From assembly GCA_016928875.1 (NCBI GenBank), contig JAFGJY010000019.1, positions 1,996 to 65,995 of the forward strand: a stretch of DNA of 64,000 nt, in the 5' to 3' direction. This document shows, piece by piece, positions 1 to 10,529 of this stretch. The notes beneath the pieces are model-generated. The model made no database searches. It was not told where the DNA came from and saw only the letters and a program-made list of their open reading frames with translations. Each line of letters starts with the position of its first letter. The stretch's first letter is position 1. Origin of the DNA: Candidatus Omnitrophota bacterium (GTDB lineage Bacteria > Omnitrophota > Omnitrophia > JAHJGZ01 > JAFGJY01). The translations under genes and the position numbers were made by a program.

Positions 1-1
1 T

Positions 2-1858
2 TTGACCACCGAAAAAGAGGGCGTTCTCTTGTACGACGCCCTGACAGGGGACAGTCCCGGAACTGTCCCCAACAAGAACAACAAGAAGACCAACAAGAGC
101 TACCTTTTTGTCGATCCCCTCAAGACCATTCGCTGTAATACAAACCGTGACCTTATTAAAAGCATTGGCGCGATCGAGCGCTATTTAAAACTCGGATGCC
201 ACGCTGCAGGTTACTTTTCTTACGAAGCAGGGTATGCCCTTGAGAGTAAATTCACAGGCACACTCGGCCGGGGCAGGTGGCCGATGCTTCATTTTGGGAT
301 CTACCGCGGCGTTTACGAGATCACGGACCTTGATCTTGATGAGATGATACCTGTCACGCCCGAGATGGATGATTTCTGGGTGCGGGACTTTAAACCTTCG
401 ATCTCCAAACAAGAATATTCACGCCAATTCGCAAAAATAAAAGAATACATCAAGGCCGGCGATGTTTACCAGATCAATTATTGCTTTAACCTTGATTTTA
501 CGATGCAGGGAAGTGTTGCCGCGCTTTTTAATGCACTCACCAAACGTCAGAAGGTTTCGTACGCCGCCTTGATCAAGACCAAGGATGAGTGTATCCTGTC
601 ACTTTCGCCGGAAATGTTCTTTGAGGTCGAAAATAAAAAGATCACCATGAAGCCCATGAAAGGAACGCTGCTTAGATCGCGCAGCGCTGCCACAAACAAA
701 CAGGCGCTTGCGAGGTTCAATAAAAGTGAAAAGAACCACGCAGAGAACCTGATGATCGTTGATCTCATACGTAACGATTGCAGCCGATTCTGCAAACCGG
801 ACACGGTCAAGACGCCGCGGCTTTTTACGGTCGAGGAATATGAAACGTTGTACCAAATGACCTCTACGATCACGGGAGAATTGAAACCGAATACTCCGCT
901 CAGCACGATCTTGACGTCACTGTTCCCGTCAGGATCGGTCACGGGCGCGCCCAAGATCCGGGCGATGGAGATCATTAATGAAGTCGAGAAAGGCCCGCGC
1001 GGTGTCTACACCGGCGCGATCGGTTTTATCGCTCCGCATAAAAAAAGGATGATCTTCAATATCCCGATCAGGACCATGGTCATTGACCAGCGCAAGGGCA
1101 GGGGGACCATGGGGATCGGTAGCGGGGTGGTCGTCGATTCAAGGCCTGATCTGGAATACAAGGAATGCGTGGGGAAGGCACGGTTTCTTACCGGGCTCGA
1201 GAAACAACATCAGTTGATCGAGACCATGCTGTTTGAGCCTAAAAAGGGCATTTTTCTGCTGGATTTGCACCTTAAAAGACTGCTTAAAAGCGCCCGTTTT
1301 TTCAACATTCCAGCGGATGAGGATCACCTTCGTGAGGAGCTTAAAAAGAGCGTAAAACGCCTAAAAAACACCAAAAAACACAAAATTAGGCTACTGTTGA
1401 ATACCAAGGGTCAATGCACCATAACAAGTACAGTTCTAAGGCCTCCAAAACGTGGTGACAGCTCCGGAACTGTCACCAAAATACGGGTCTCATCGGTAAA
1501 GACCGACCCCAGTAATATCTTTTGGTACCACAAGACCACTAATCGCGGCTTGTATGACCTCGAATACAAGAAAGCACGTAAAGAGCTCTGTTGTGATACC
1601 ATTTTCACAAATACGCACGGGGAAGTGACCGAAGGTTGCATTTCCACCATTTTTGCCAAAAAAGACGGGATATTTTACACGCCACCAGTACGATGTGGGC
1701 TCTTGCCAGGGGTCTACCGAGAACATGTACTGAAAACGGACAGGGTCCGCTACCGGGAGAAAGTGCTCAGCATGTACGATCTTAAGGACGCTGACGCCAT
1801 CTATCTGGGTAATTCGGTCAGGGGCATGACGCAGGTGGTTTTAGAAGATCGAGCATGA
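2..1858 (+). CDS. pabB: aminodeoxychorismate synthase component I fused to aminodeoxychorismate lyase-like domain (PabB-PabC), 5'-partial
   Basis: Chorismate-utilising enzyme motifs (SPEMFF, PMKGT, ENLMIVDLIRND, GSVTGAPK..RGVYTGAIGF), then a ~220-aa class IV aminotransferase/ADC-lyase-like C-terminus; the ORF has no start inside the window. Confidence 0.85.
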   Translation: MTTEKEGVLLYDALTGDSPGTVPNKNNKKTNKSYLFVDPLKTIRCNTNRDLIKSIGAIERYLKLGCHAAGYFSYEAGYALESKFTGTLGRGRWPMLHFGIYRGVYEITDLDLDEMIPVTPEMDDFWVRDFKPSISKQEYSRQFAKIKEYIKAGDVYQINYCFNLDFTMQGSVAALFNALTKRQKVSYAALIKTKDECILSLSPEMFFEVENKKITMKPMKGTLLRSRSAATNKQALARFNKSEKNHAENLMIVDLIRNDCSRFCKPDTVKTPRLFTVEEYETLYQMTSTITGELKPNTPLSTILTSLFPSGSVTGAPKIRAMEIINEVEKGPRGVYTGAIGFIAPHKKRMIFNIPIRTMVIDQRKGRGTMGIGSGVVVDSRPDLEYKECVGKARFLTGLEKQHQLIETMLFEPKKGIFLLDLHLKRLLKSARFFNIPADEDHLREELKKSVKRLKNTKKHKIRLLLNTKGQCTITSTVLRPPKRGDSSGTVTKIRVSSVKTDPSNIFWYHKTTNRGLYDLEYKKARKELCCDTIFTNTHGEVTEGCISTIFAKKDGIFYTPPVRCGLLPGVYREHVLKTDRVRYREKVLSMYDLKDADAIYLGNSVRGMTQVVLEDRA

Positions 1859-2053
1859 TTCTAAAAGTGGCCCACATGATCGCATATTTGGTGGGGATCA
1901 GATCAAATCTGAGGCGGCTTTGCCATGCTCATGAATGTTACATAACATACATTATAGGACGTTTCTAATTCCTTTTAATCTTTCGGCGCCCTCACTAATT
2001 ACCATTATTGTACGTGTTATGAATGCTGATTTGGTGAGTTGTTCAAATTAGTA

Positions 2054-2251
2054 TCATAAGGTTGGATTACTGCCGGAACCACATGCGTTTATCCCCACCG
2101 CCCCCGTTCCATTCCCACAAGATCCAGTGGCGCTCCCACCAGGAAATGTACCATTTGAACAGAATTTTGCAGGTTCTATCTGCCCGATCAATTCATCATC
2201 GGTGCAAATAGCACTGATCTGAGGTGAAATATATTCCTTTTTTCGCGGCAT
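2054..2251 (-). CDS. putative RiPP precursor peptide P1 (Cys/Gly-rich core, KK-Y-x-x-P-x-I leader family)
   Basis: 65 aa MPRKKEYISPQISAI... leader shared with four other small ORFs; the core has 5 Cys in a G/S/T/N-rich context; it sits directly downstream of an HprK-like kinase gene. Confidence 0.6.
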   Translation of the reverse strand: MPRKKEYISPQISAICTDDELIGQIEPAKFCSNGTFPGGSATGSCGNGTGAVGINACGSGSNPTL

Positions 2252-2305
2252 TCCTATCTCATTTTCTCGTTATTCCTGATTTAAACACATTTTAATACTA
2301 AAAAA

Positions 2306-3322
2306 CTAATTAAGCAAAGAAGAAATAATACCCCAAATATCGCTTGTTTTACCGAGCCCCAAATTAAATGTGGGCGTTGCCCGTAAACAATCAGTAAAAA
2401 GTGCAAAGGCATGCGCGATCCTTTTAGGGTCTTTTTTATGTACCAATCGAAAGGGCTCGGCCATCATGTAAATTGACCTTAGATTTTGTAGATCCCCCAG
2501 ATCTGCTTTCGTAAGGATGGGCTTATTATTTTTATGTAAAATAAATATCGCCTTTAATGTATTTGGTTGTATTGAAGAAATAATATATGAATCCCTATTG
2601 GATGGTATTCCGTTATCATAAAAAAAAAGGTTCGGGTCACCCACCGTAAAACTATCATTTTTTGTGTTCTGAAATATCCGCGTTGTGTCATCAGATACCT
2701 TGCAGATTTCTGCCTTCTCGCTTACAAGCCGGTCAACGCTCGTCGATTTCCCTGCCCCCGATGGGCCGAGGAATAAAATACTTTTCTGACGATACACAGC
2801 CGATGAGGCATGGATGTGAATATAATTAAGATCGACAGTTAGGCTTGATAGGATCGGATACAATGCGGTCAGTTTATGATCTTCTGAGGGTTGTTTTGAG
2901 TGTATGTTATTGTTATGCGCCGTATCTCCCATTACGTATTGTGCCGCTTGATACACGTGAAATGAACCATCAGTACATTTCATGATAAAATAAGACCGTT
3001 TGTTTTCGCTGTACCACAACTCGATCTCTGTGTTGTGATCTTTTATAAAATTAAACGTCCGAGAAAAAACGCGGTCTGTTCCATCGGGGTCGAACATACG
3101 CCATCGCCCGTCATTATCAGCATTAGTATGCAAGCCCCGCATCAGGTCATTGTCGATCCGGTAAAAATAAACGGTATATTCACGCTGATAAGAATGGATC
3201 GTTACATAAAAAGGCGCTACAGTAATAACACCTTTCTTATCCTTAATTAAATTAGCAGATCGGGGCACCGACCTGTGCGCGCATATGTGCATACGACTAT
3301 CTTCCCCCCTCCCCTCAAGCAA
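2306..3322 (-). CDS. HPr kinase-related P-loop kinase-like protein (RiPP-associated paralog 1)
   Basis: Walker A GPSGAGKST followed by the ..SDD..I block typical of the HprK C-terminal domain (compare GESGVGKSE...VADDRVEI); paralogous to 11437-12393, 41551-42636 and 43240-44346; the true start may be an internal Met. Confidence 0.6.
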   Translation of the reverse strand: MLEGRGEDSRMHICAHRSVPRSANLIKDKKGVITVAPFYVTIHSYQREYTVYFYRIDNDLMRGLHTNADNDGRWRMFDPDGTDRVFSRTFNFIKDHNTEIELWYSENKRSYFIMKCTDGSFHVYQAAQYVMGDTAHNNNIHSKQPSEDHKLTALYPILSSLTVDLNYIHIHASSAVYRQKSILFLGPSGAGKSTSVDRLVSEKAEICKVSDDTTRIFQNTKNDSFTVGDPNLFFYDNGIPSNRDSYIISSIQPNTLKAIFILHKNNKPILTKADLGDLQNLRSIYMMAEPFRLVHKKDPKRIAHAFALFTDCLRATPTFNLGLGKTSDIWGIISSLLN

Positions 3323-3408
3323 TCATTTACTTCAATTGTGATAATTATTATATCAACAATGATCCCACAACAAATCTGGCATGGCCCTACCAAGCATCTT
3401 GTAACGGG

Positions 3409-4485
3409 TCACAGCATTGATCGTTCCTTTATAGCTTCATGTATCGCTTCCGCAACACATCTCTGTCCCAACGCTGTGTAATGTCCATCCTCCAATGTAA
3501 TATCTTCAAAGGCATGTTCTTTAAGAAACCGATCGAACGCCGGGCTGATGTCGAGCCATTGCAAACCGGCTTTCCTGACAGCATTTGACATTACTGCTTT
3601 AACCTGATGGGAAATTCGTTTCCCAACAAAATCGACCCCACTGGGCAAATAGGCAAAAACAACTTCTCGGTCATGCGACAAAGCGAGCGCTCCGATATCA
3701 GCAACGATCGCGTCGATAACAGCTGTTACCGCAACGTTTGTCGGATCAAACTCAGATCTCAGTCGAGCTATCCTTTTTCTCGCGATGAATTCAGCCATTT
3801 TGACCACATGTAACGATCGCAATGACTCAACGATCAATATTGGTATATCCGGCGACAGAAAAAAAAGTGGTTTGCGCGGTGCTTTCGCGACACATACCGT
3901 GTTATCATTGTCGATACCGAGAACTGGTTTCGGATAGCCTAAAAATGTGCCGGATAGCATCCGCTCGATATCATAACAACTGATCGCAATGATCGCCATT
4001 GCGTGTTCAAACTTCTCATTATCGCGCATGTACCACAGATACATCTGATCAAGCCCATATCCTGACATACCCATATTGATCGCCTCGATCTTCGTATCGA
4101 GCTTTTCAAGCTCGACAGGCCATGTTTCATGATCATTAACTCCGAATCCCATGGTGTACGAATCACCGACACACACGACCCTGAATTTACCGGGCGGAAT
4201 AGAACGTGAATATTCCTGCGTTGCCCGTAATCCTTGTTGATTTACCGTAATACCAACGCCACGACGAAAACAATTCGGTTTATGAATACCCGGGATATGC
4301 CTCCATCCAAGCAACGGATCGAACTCAGTGTGGATCCGCTCTCGCACTGTACGCATTGGGCTATGTATGAAATGTGATCCGGCGATCATCACCCCAGCTA
4401 TTCCTTCAATGATGATAAGCATGATGATGACCAACAGTATGGTAATACCGATAAATGTAAGCGATCTCCTCACCCAACGCATCAT
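3409..4485 (-). CDS. SGNH/GDSL-family hydrolase, N-terminal membrane anchor
   Basis: N-terminal TM helix; VVCVGDSYTMGFGV block (GDSx motif). Confidence 0.5.
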   Translation of the reverse strand: MMRWVRRSLTFIGITILLVIIMLIIIEGIAGVMIAGSHFIHSPMRTVRERIHTEFDPLLGWRHIPGIHKPNCFRRGVGITVNQQGLRATQEYSRSIPPGKFRVVCVGDSYTMGFGVNDHETWPVELEKLDTKIEAINMGMSGYGLDQMYLWYMRDNEKFEHAMAIIAISCYDIERMLSGTFLGYPKPVLGIDNDNTVCVAKAPRKPLFFLSPDIPILIVESLRSLHVVKMAEFIARKRIARLRSEFDPTNVAVTAVIDAIVADIGALALSHDREVVFAYLPSGVDFVGKRISHQVKAVMSNAVRKAGLQWLDISPAFDRFLKEHAFEDITLEDGHYTALGQRCVAEAIHEAIKERSML

Positions 4486-5873
4486 CGCACCATCCCCTCT
4501 CGCCTCTCACGCACGATCTTTTCGCAGGCCGTAATGCCGTCAAGCAATGCCTCGTCCATATTACAATACATGAAAATCCCCGCTCGTCCGATACAATGCA
4601 GGTTCTCGAATGATCGCACGTGGTCAAGGACGATGTCGCGGTCAGCGTTGTATCCAATGTGGTACATCGGATACGCGTGAGGATACCGCACAACGAACCC
4701 GGTCACGAGATGCCGCTGGCAATCAAACCCGATCTTGCCCATCTCGGACAATGCATGTTCGATCAGGTCAATATCCCCCATCGACCACAATGCATCGTCG
4801 TCGCCGCAGAAATATTCAAGTCCCAGTGTCGATTTATTCTGGTCGATCACCATCGATGAGCTCCAATTCTTGTAATTCTGGATACGGGCAAGCTTGACCG
4901 ACGGGTCGTGGACATAGATCCACTGGTCAGGAAAGACATCACGCATATTCACGATCACATTGACGACCATGTAATGCCTGAATGAAAGTCGCTTAGACGC
5001 TTCAATGACCTTATCCTCCGGGTGTGGGTCCAATACCTCAGTAAATAGTGGTAACGGGATAGATGATACCAAAGTATCGACCGGCACATAGTGCACAGCA
5101 CACGCTGAGCGGTCAAGCAATGAAATACCGATAACCCGGCCATGATCGTGATGCACGCTTTTAAGTTCGTGACGCAGGTGAAACCGCGCGCCCTGTGCTT
5201 CTGCTGTAACACGCAACCGTTCGCATAATTGTCCGGGGCCTCTGCGAGGATATTTAAAGATCTCGTAAAGGTTTTTCTGTGTCTCTGAAGTATTAGGCCA
5301 TAATGCTTGTTGGAGCGCAACGCGCAGCGAAAGCCCTTCAATACGTTGCCGAGCCCAGTCCTCTGAGATCTCATCACACGCTATGCCCCACAGTTTTTCC
5401 GTGTACCCCTTAAAAAATGTCTCGTACAGCCGTTTTCCGAATTTCGCGCTGACATAATTCTCGAAATTCTTGCATTGAGGGTGTTCGTCCGCACCTCGTG
5501 ACGTGATAGCTATTAAGTAACTTGAAAAACAACGTGCTGCTTCGATGATCCCGAGATTCTTAAGTGTATTGCCAAGCGTCAGTGGATAATTGAAATACCG
5601 ATTGCGGTAATATATCCGCGAAAGCCGACGCACCTCGAGCATGTCCTTACCCATGATCCGCGAACACAGCTCATCGATCGCACGGTGTTTCGTAAGGAAT
5701 CGATGTCCGCCAATGTCGAATAAATACCCATGATGATCGATCGTACGGCACAGTCCCCCCACAGCATCATGGTGCTCGTAAACATCGACAGCGGCACCGC
5801 CCTCGGATGCGGCAAGCGCGCACCCTAACCCTGCCGGCCCGGCACCGATTATCGTAATGTGTTGTTTGTTCAT
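4482..5873 (-). CDS. FAD-dependent oxidoreductase (amine-oxidase/PPO-like Rossmann)
   Basis: N-terminal IIGAGPAGLGCALAAS...GG dinucleotide-binding motif; 463 aa. Confidence 0.6.
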   Translation of the reverse strand: MNKQHITIIGAGPAGLGCALAASEGGAAVDVYEHHDAVGGLCRTIDHHGYLFDIGGHRFLTKHRAIDELCSRIMGKDMLEVRRLSRIYYRNRYFNYPLTLGNTLKNLGIIEAARCFSSYLIAITSRGADEHPQCKNFENYVSAKFGKRLYETFFKGYTEKLWGIACDEISEDWARQRIEGLSLRVALQQALWPNTSETQKNLYEIFKYPRRGPGQLCERLRVTAEAQGARFHLRHELKSVHHDHGRVIGISLLDRSACAVHYVPVDTLVSSIPLPLFTEVLDPHPEDKVIEASKRLSFRHYMVVNVIVNMRDVFPDQWIYVHDPSVKLARIQNYKNWSSSMVIDQNKSTLGLEYFCGDDDALWSMGDIDLIEHALSEMGKIGFDCQRHLVTGFVVRYPHAYPMYHIGYNADRDIVLDHVRSFENLHCIGRAGIFMYCNMDEALLDGITACEKIVRERREGMVR

Positions 5874-6613
5874 AAAGCGGTCTTTTCCTTTGAACGTAAA
5901 TAGTTCACATACGACCCGATCACCGTGTCCGTCTTCCCCTGTTCGCGGATCGCCCCCCGATGGAGCCAGAGAGCGTCGGTACAGTAACGACGAAGCACAT
6001 CGACGTTGTGTGAGGTCATGATTATCGTTTTTCCGGCATCAATAAGGTACATTATAAAAGAATCAAGCCGTGCGGCAAATCCTTCGTCAATATGCGCAAG
6101 CGTCTCATCAAAGAGGTAAATATCCCCCTGAGCTTGCATGAAGATGCTCATGGTTAATTTTTCCTGCTGTCCTATCGATAATTCACGAAGTTGCGCATTT
6201 TTAAGATGCGCCAAGCCACATGATCCGAGTATTTCGTCGATCAATGGGGTCATTGTTTTACGTTCAATGCCGTGTATTGCGGCGATCACATACATATTAT
6301 CTATGACCGGTAGATATTGATAAAATCCAACGCAATACGCGTACAAAGCTCTTATTTGCCCCTCTATTGAAAAAGAACCACTGTCGGGACGATAAATGCC
6401 GCACAATATGCGCAATAATGTCGTCTTCCCGTGACCGCTCTCACCGATAAGGGCAAGCCTCTGCCCTTTGGCCACCTCGAACGTAACATTATTGAGGACG
6501 CGAGAATAGGCATTATCACGCCTCTTTTTGCCCGCGAGAAAAAGCACTTCCAACAAGGTATATTCCCCTGCCGCGATCCTGAAATTCTTAGATATGTTCT
6601 CTGCTCTGATCAT
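5870..6613 (-). CDS. ABC transporter ATP-binding protein (ABC-2/Wzt-TagH-like exporter ATPase)
   Basis: Walker A GESGHGKTT, signature LSIGQQEK, Walker B IYLFDE; translationally coupled to the downstream ABC-2 permease. Confidence 0.8.
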   Translation of the reverse strand: MIRAENISKNFRIAAGEYTLLEVLFLAGKKRRDNAYSRVLNNVTFEVAKGQRLALIGESGHGKTTLLRILCGIYRPDSGSFSIEGQIRALYAYCVGFYQYLPVIDNMYVIAAIHGIERKTMTPLIDEILGSCGLAHLKNAQLRELSIGQQEKLTMSIFMQAQGDIYLFDETLAHIDEGFAARLDSFIMYLIDAGKTIIMTSHNVDVLRRYCTDALWLHRGAIREQGKTDTVIGSYVNYLRSKEKTAL

Positions 6614-7455
6614 ACGTATTCATCGATCGTGTGTTCAAGAATGAGAAAGACAACATAAACAGCCCCAAGGATTACGGTCCCCTGGGCGAGACAATGGAGA
6701 TAGACGGGCCACCATGAAGCAGCGGCGCCTAAAAATGTGTTCCTGATAGCACAGATGTACGGTGTTATTGGGTTAAGGATGTATTGAACACGCGCTATGG
6801 TCGGACCTACGTCATCAAGAGAATAAAAAACAGGTGTCAAGAAAAACAATAAACGTGCAGCAAGAGACCAGATGTGTTGCACATCGCGTGTGAAGCTAAA
6901 CCCGATCGTCAGTAATAACCCTATTCCCATGGTCATCATGATAAAGCTCATGAGCAACGGCATCAAGAGGACCAGTGTTGTGATGGTCAGTAAACGCATA
7001 CAGAGGCTTATGACGATACATACCAACATTTCTAGTAAGAACTTGTAAATATGCGGTACCGCATTAGCGATAATGACGGTCTCGCGCAAGGTCATTGAAT
7101 TGACCACAACATCCTTATTGTTGCGCAATGCGTACAGTGAATACGACGTGAGCGATATGAAGAAATTTACACACGTGATCCCGATAAAAAGATAAAAAGG
7201 ATAATGCGGTATCACGTCCCCGAAAATATCGTGAAAGATCGTGTACATAAAAATAAATATAATGACGGGCGAAAATAAACTCCACATTGCCCCGACGAAC
7301 GTATTATGGTTGATGAGCTTTATGTTCGCCCTGATAAGTTCACCCAAGATCGCTTTGTTCGACGGAGCTAGAAGTGTGCGGGAACGTTCTTTAAATAGCG
7401 ATAATAGGACCATGGTCAATAAAACTTTCTGTTGTTCATGAGGTACGATATGCAT
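6610..7455 (-). CDS. ABC-2 type transporter permease
   Basis: 281 aa, six predicted TM helices; 4-nt overlap with the ATPase gene. Confidence 0.7.
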   Translation of the reverse strand: MHIVPHEQQKVLLTMVLLSLFKERSRTLLAPSNKAILGELIRANIKLINHNTFVGAMWSLFSPVIIFIFMYTIFHDIFGDVIPHYPFYLFIGITCVNFFISLTSYSLYALRNNKDVVVNSMTLRETVIIANAVPHIYKFLLEMLVCIVISLCMRLLTITTLVLLMPLLMSFIMMTMGIGLLLTIGFSFTRDVQHIWSLAARLLFFLTPVFYSLDDVGPTIARVQYILNPITPYICAIRNTFLGAAASWWPVYLHCLAQGTVILGAVYVVFLILEHTIDEYV

Positions 7456-8441
7456 CCCTTCGCAAGGCCGAACATCATGCCGGATGCCATGACCAATGAA
7501 TCGATAAAAGTAAAAAGGATAACTGCTATGTAATAACGTTTTTTCATGTGTTTGAACATCGTTGCAAATAGGCCGTAGTTAAGGCAGAACCACACTACAA
7601 GAAGAATAGCCATAATACCGTTTACTGGTCCCCCCCTCACCCCGAAGACGGCCCACAGGCTCATTATAAATATAATAACGGTAAGCGCAATCATTAATGT
7701 TTGGCTCAAGGATGCATGGGCGAAGCGTCCTTCCTTCATCGATACACGCGATACGTACCGTAATGCCAGCAGCGTCCATGACATGGGTACCAGAAAATCG
7801 TTCTTAAGCAATGAAGAGAACGAGTAGTATTTGTAGTGATCCACCATCAGGTCTTTAATGAAATGTATCTCCTTGCCTTGAGTATGGAGATAAAGCCCCA
7901 TTTCTGTATCGTCGCCGTTGTCTAGTGATGCAGGGATATGTGTCGGATCGACCTCCCGGCGAAGGGCGAATATCGAACCGTAGAGGAAATGCACTGAGCA
8001 CGGTAGGTTCGAAAATCGATAATGCATGTACAGATGCTTGTACACGCTAAAGAAATTCTTGTAGTGAGACCTTGCTGAAAGCCTTCCCGTCAGAGCCATA
8101 CATGTAGGATTCTGCATGAAGTGTTCGACGATGATCCTGATCGATGCCTCCGTGATCACTACATCCTGATCGATATTAATAATGATATCTCCCTTTGCTC
8201 TTGAATATCCTATTCTCCGCGCCGCGATCCGGCCTTTATTCCCCGGCAATCGAATAACCGTGGCGCCGTTCTCTTCGGCGAGTGCAAACGTGTTATCATT
8301 ACTGCCGTCATCTACCACGATTATTTCATCGGGCAATAGCGATGAGCGATGTATCGTAGTAAGACAGTCGACAATGGTCCTTTCAGTGTTGTAGGCCGGG
8401 ATAACAACGGAAATAATAGGGTGATGCCGGTTTATTGTCAT
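7416..8441 (-). CDS. glycosyltransferase family 2 with C-terminal TM segments
   Basis: SVVIPAYNTERTI...VVDDGSND...DQD GT-A motifs; start placed at the internal Met (MTINRHHPIISVVIPAYN), which gives an ATGA overlap with the upstream GT2. Confidence 0.75.
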   Translation of the reverse strand: MTINRHHPIISVVIPAYNTERTIVDCLTTIHRSSLLPDEIIVVDDGSNDNTFALAEENGATVIRLPGNKGRIAARRIGYSRAKGDIIINIDQDVVITEASIRIIVEHFMQNPTCMALTGRLSARSHYKNFFSVYKHLYMHYRFSNLPCSVHFLYGSIFALRREVDPTHIPASLDNGDDTEMGLYLHTQGKEIHFIKDLMVDHYKYYSFSSLLKNDFLVPMSWTLLALRYVSRVSMKEGRFAHASLSQTLMIALTVIIFIMSLWAVFGVRGGPVNGIMAILLVVWFCLNYGLFATMFKHMKKRYYIAVILFTFIDSLVMASGMMFGLAKGCISYLMNNRKFY

Positions 8442-9316
8442 GTAGTTGACCTGCCCAGTAGTTTTTGAACCATTATTATTAATTCGCGCGTGAACAATCC
8501 TGCTCGATACGTACAATTACCGACAAAAAGACAAGGAGGTAGCAGGATTATTTCATACAATGCATGATGCTTTTTAAGAGTACGCATTAATATTCTAAGC
8601 CTCTCGATGAACGTGAGGACCCGATACGGGTGTGTGCTGAGAACGAGATAGTTATAATAGGCGTAATAGAATTGTTTTCTGACCCACTTGGGCATCCTTA
8701 ACATTTCTAAGTGGCAGACCACAACATTTTGCACGAAGACGACCTTTATTGACGGGTCTTTATTAATGATCCTATGTAAGAATTCTGTATCCCCTGTCCT
8801 AACATCGATGTTAAAATGACCGTGGCGTTCAAATAATGCAGCTCGGCACGCCATATTATTAGTGTATGCATACCAGCATTCGCGCAGTTGTTCATCAAAA
8901 ATATACTGGATCCGTACATTCTCGTAATTCGCGATGCACCGCATAGCCAATGAGCTTTCCCGCGGGAACGATCGTTTCCCAAGGACTACATCGTTTCCCG
9001 CTTCGATAGAAGCGCTGATATTTTCAAGCCAATCGCGATCAACCCGACAATCAGCATCGGTAAAGGCTATGATCGCCCCTTGCGCCCGGGCAAGAGCTGT
9101 ATTACGGCACGCATAAGGCCCTTTACGCTCCTCTTGCAGGCTAATGATATCCGTGTATTCCTTAACGATCCGCAATGATTCATCAGAGGAATTATTATCG
9201 ACCATGATGATCTCATATGACTCTCGTGGTAAAGACTGATGCTCCAATGATTCAATACACTCTGCGATGAGCCGGGCCTCATTTTTATAGGGGACTATGA
9301 CGGATATTTTAACCAT
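8438..9316 (-). CDS. glycosyltransferase family 2
   Basis: SVIVPYKNEARLI...MVDNNSSDES...FTDADC motifs. Confidence 0.8.
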   Translation of the reverse strand: MVKISVIVPYKNEARLIAECIESLEHQSLPRESYEIIMVDNNSSDESLRIVKEYTDIISLQEERKGPYACRNTALARAQGAIIAFTDADCRVDRDWLENISASIEAGNDVVLGKRSFPRESSLAMRCIANYENVRIQYIFDEQLRECWYAYTNNMACRAALFERHGHFNIDVRTGDTEFLHRIINKDPSIKVVFVQNVVVCHLEMLRMPKWVRKQFYYAYYNYLVLSTHPYRVLTFIERLRILMRTLKKHHALYEIILLPPCLFVGNCTYRAGLFTRELIIMVQKLLGRSTT

Positions 9317-9585
9317 GTTCAGGCCCTTTTAGAGTCCTTTTTTGTACTTCGAGCAGTTATATTTAAAAGTTGTTTGTATGTCATTTTAAACGAATATTTA
9401 TAACATTAATAAGTATAAAAAACAACGAATTGTTTAGTCAGCTCTTCGTGGTAATGTTCGTCAATTAAATGAGATATAGCTATGTTCGAGTACTTTTTTG
9501 AAGTATAATCACGAATCATGATAAATTGTGTGTAACAGTTTAAATACGGTGATGAAAACAAACCACATAATAAGGAGTTCTATTA
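9317..9585. promoter_or_regulatory. AT-rich divergent intergenic region (putative promoters)
   Basis: 269-bp AT-rich spacer between the divergent minus-strand GT2 operon and the plus-strand ORF; AAGGAG RBS lies 8 nt before ATG 9586. Confidence 0.25.
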
Positions 9586-9984
9586 ATGGACAAACCACGC
9601 CCGAATGCCATCGCCATGATCATTTGCGATACGGTCATTGCCGACAAGAAGACCAACAAACAATCGCTCATCAATATTTTTAACAGTATCGGCGCACAGC
9701 ACGTCCCTTTTGTTCATCAAAGGCTCAATGTATTCATTTCGCTTGTCGATGGGATCGGTGAATATGACGGACGGCTTGTGTGTACGAATATCAGCACTGA
9801 TCAGCAGATCATGTCGATCAACTGCCCGGTGGAGTTTAAACGCAGATTACAAACGATCGAGTTCCACTGTGAGATCTTTGGCCTCAAGTTCCCTTCCTAC
9901 GGGACCTACATTTTTGATTTTTACTGTAATGATGAGATCGTTATTTCGAGGAAATTCGCAGTCAATGAGATAAAACCAAAATAG
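9586..9984 (+). CDS. hypothetical protein
   Basis: 132-aa ORF with a strong AAGGAG RBS; no recognisable motifs; one of only two plus-strand genes inside the 2-46 kb cluster (the other is the 39766..40959 nucleotidyltransferase). Confidence 0.5.
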   Translation: MDKPRPNAIAMIICDTVIADKKTNKQSLINIFNSIGAQHVPFVHQRLNVFISLVDGIGEYDGRLVCTNISTDQQIMSINCPVEFKRRLQTIEFHCEIFGLKFPSYGTYIFDFYCNDEIVISRKFAVNEIKPK

Positions 9985-10035
9985 CGAGATGATCATTTCT
10001 GATCCGGGTTGAACACGTTGCATAAGAAATGATAT

Positions 10036-10275
10036 TTAAATGCCTGTATACGTCAGTGGCGTGCCGCCGGCCGTGCAATTGTGCGGATCTAACCCTGGGT
10101 TGCAATTGCCCCAATAAAAAGTACTTCCCGATTTGCAACCGAACGGAGAGGCGATCACCGTGCCATTAAAACACTCAGCGCTTGCGTTGTTGCCATTACC
10201 GCAAGCAGCTGCATCGACATAACTGGGAGCAGCTTCAAGCATAATTTTTGGCGTTGCATATTGTTTTTTATTCAT
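10036..10275 (-). CDS. putative RiPP precursor peptide P2 (KK-Y-x-x-P-x-I leader family)
   Basis: 79 aa MNKKQYATPKIMLE..; core AACGNGNNASAECFNGTVIASPFGCKSGSTFYWGNCNPGLDPHNCTAGGTP.. with 6 Cys. Confidence 0.65.
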   Translation of the reverse strand: MNKKQYATPKIMLEAAPSYVDAAACGNGNNASAECFNGTVIASPFGCKSGSTFYWGNCNPGLDPHNCTAGGTPLTYTGI

Positions 10276-10342
10276 ATTTTCTTCTTCACGGTGACTTGAT
10301 TATACGGCATTATGTCATGTGTCTCAAGAAATATATTACCGG

Positions 10343-10441
10343 AACTCTATTTGCGAGCTAAAGACACGTTTAATGTTTTCGGATGCAGCTGTTAACTCTT
10401 GCGTTCCGATCGTCTCAACGGTCCGCAGGTCTACGATCAGC
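10343..10441. repeat. about 100-bp remnant copy (~95% identity) of the 3' end of the ABC exporter gene 33025..34791
   Basis: Near-identical to 33022-33130 (aactctatYtgcgagctaaagacacg...ggtctacgatcagca), which encodes the ABC C-terminus ...VETIGAQELTAASENFKRVFSSQIEF; here it lies intergenic between the rSAM gene and precursor P2. Confidence 0.8.
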
Positions 10442-10529
10442 AAAGATGGATTTACAATTTAAAGGATTTGCTTTGCACATCGCGAGATCCGTTGTGAAAT
10501 GTTAATTAGCTTATGAATAATTAAAAAGG

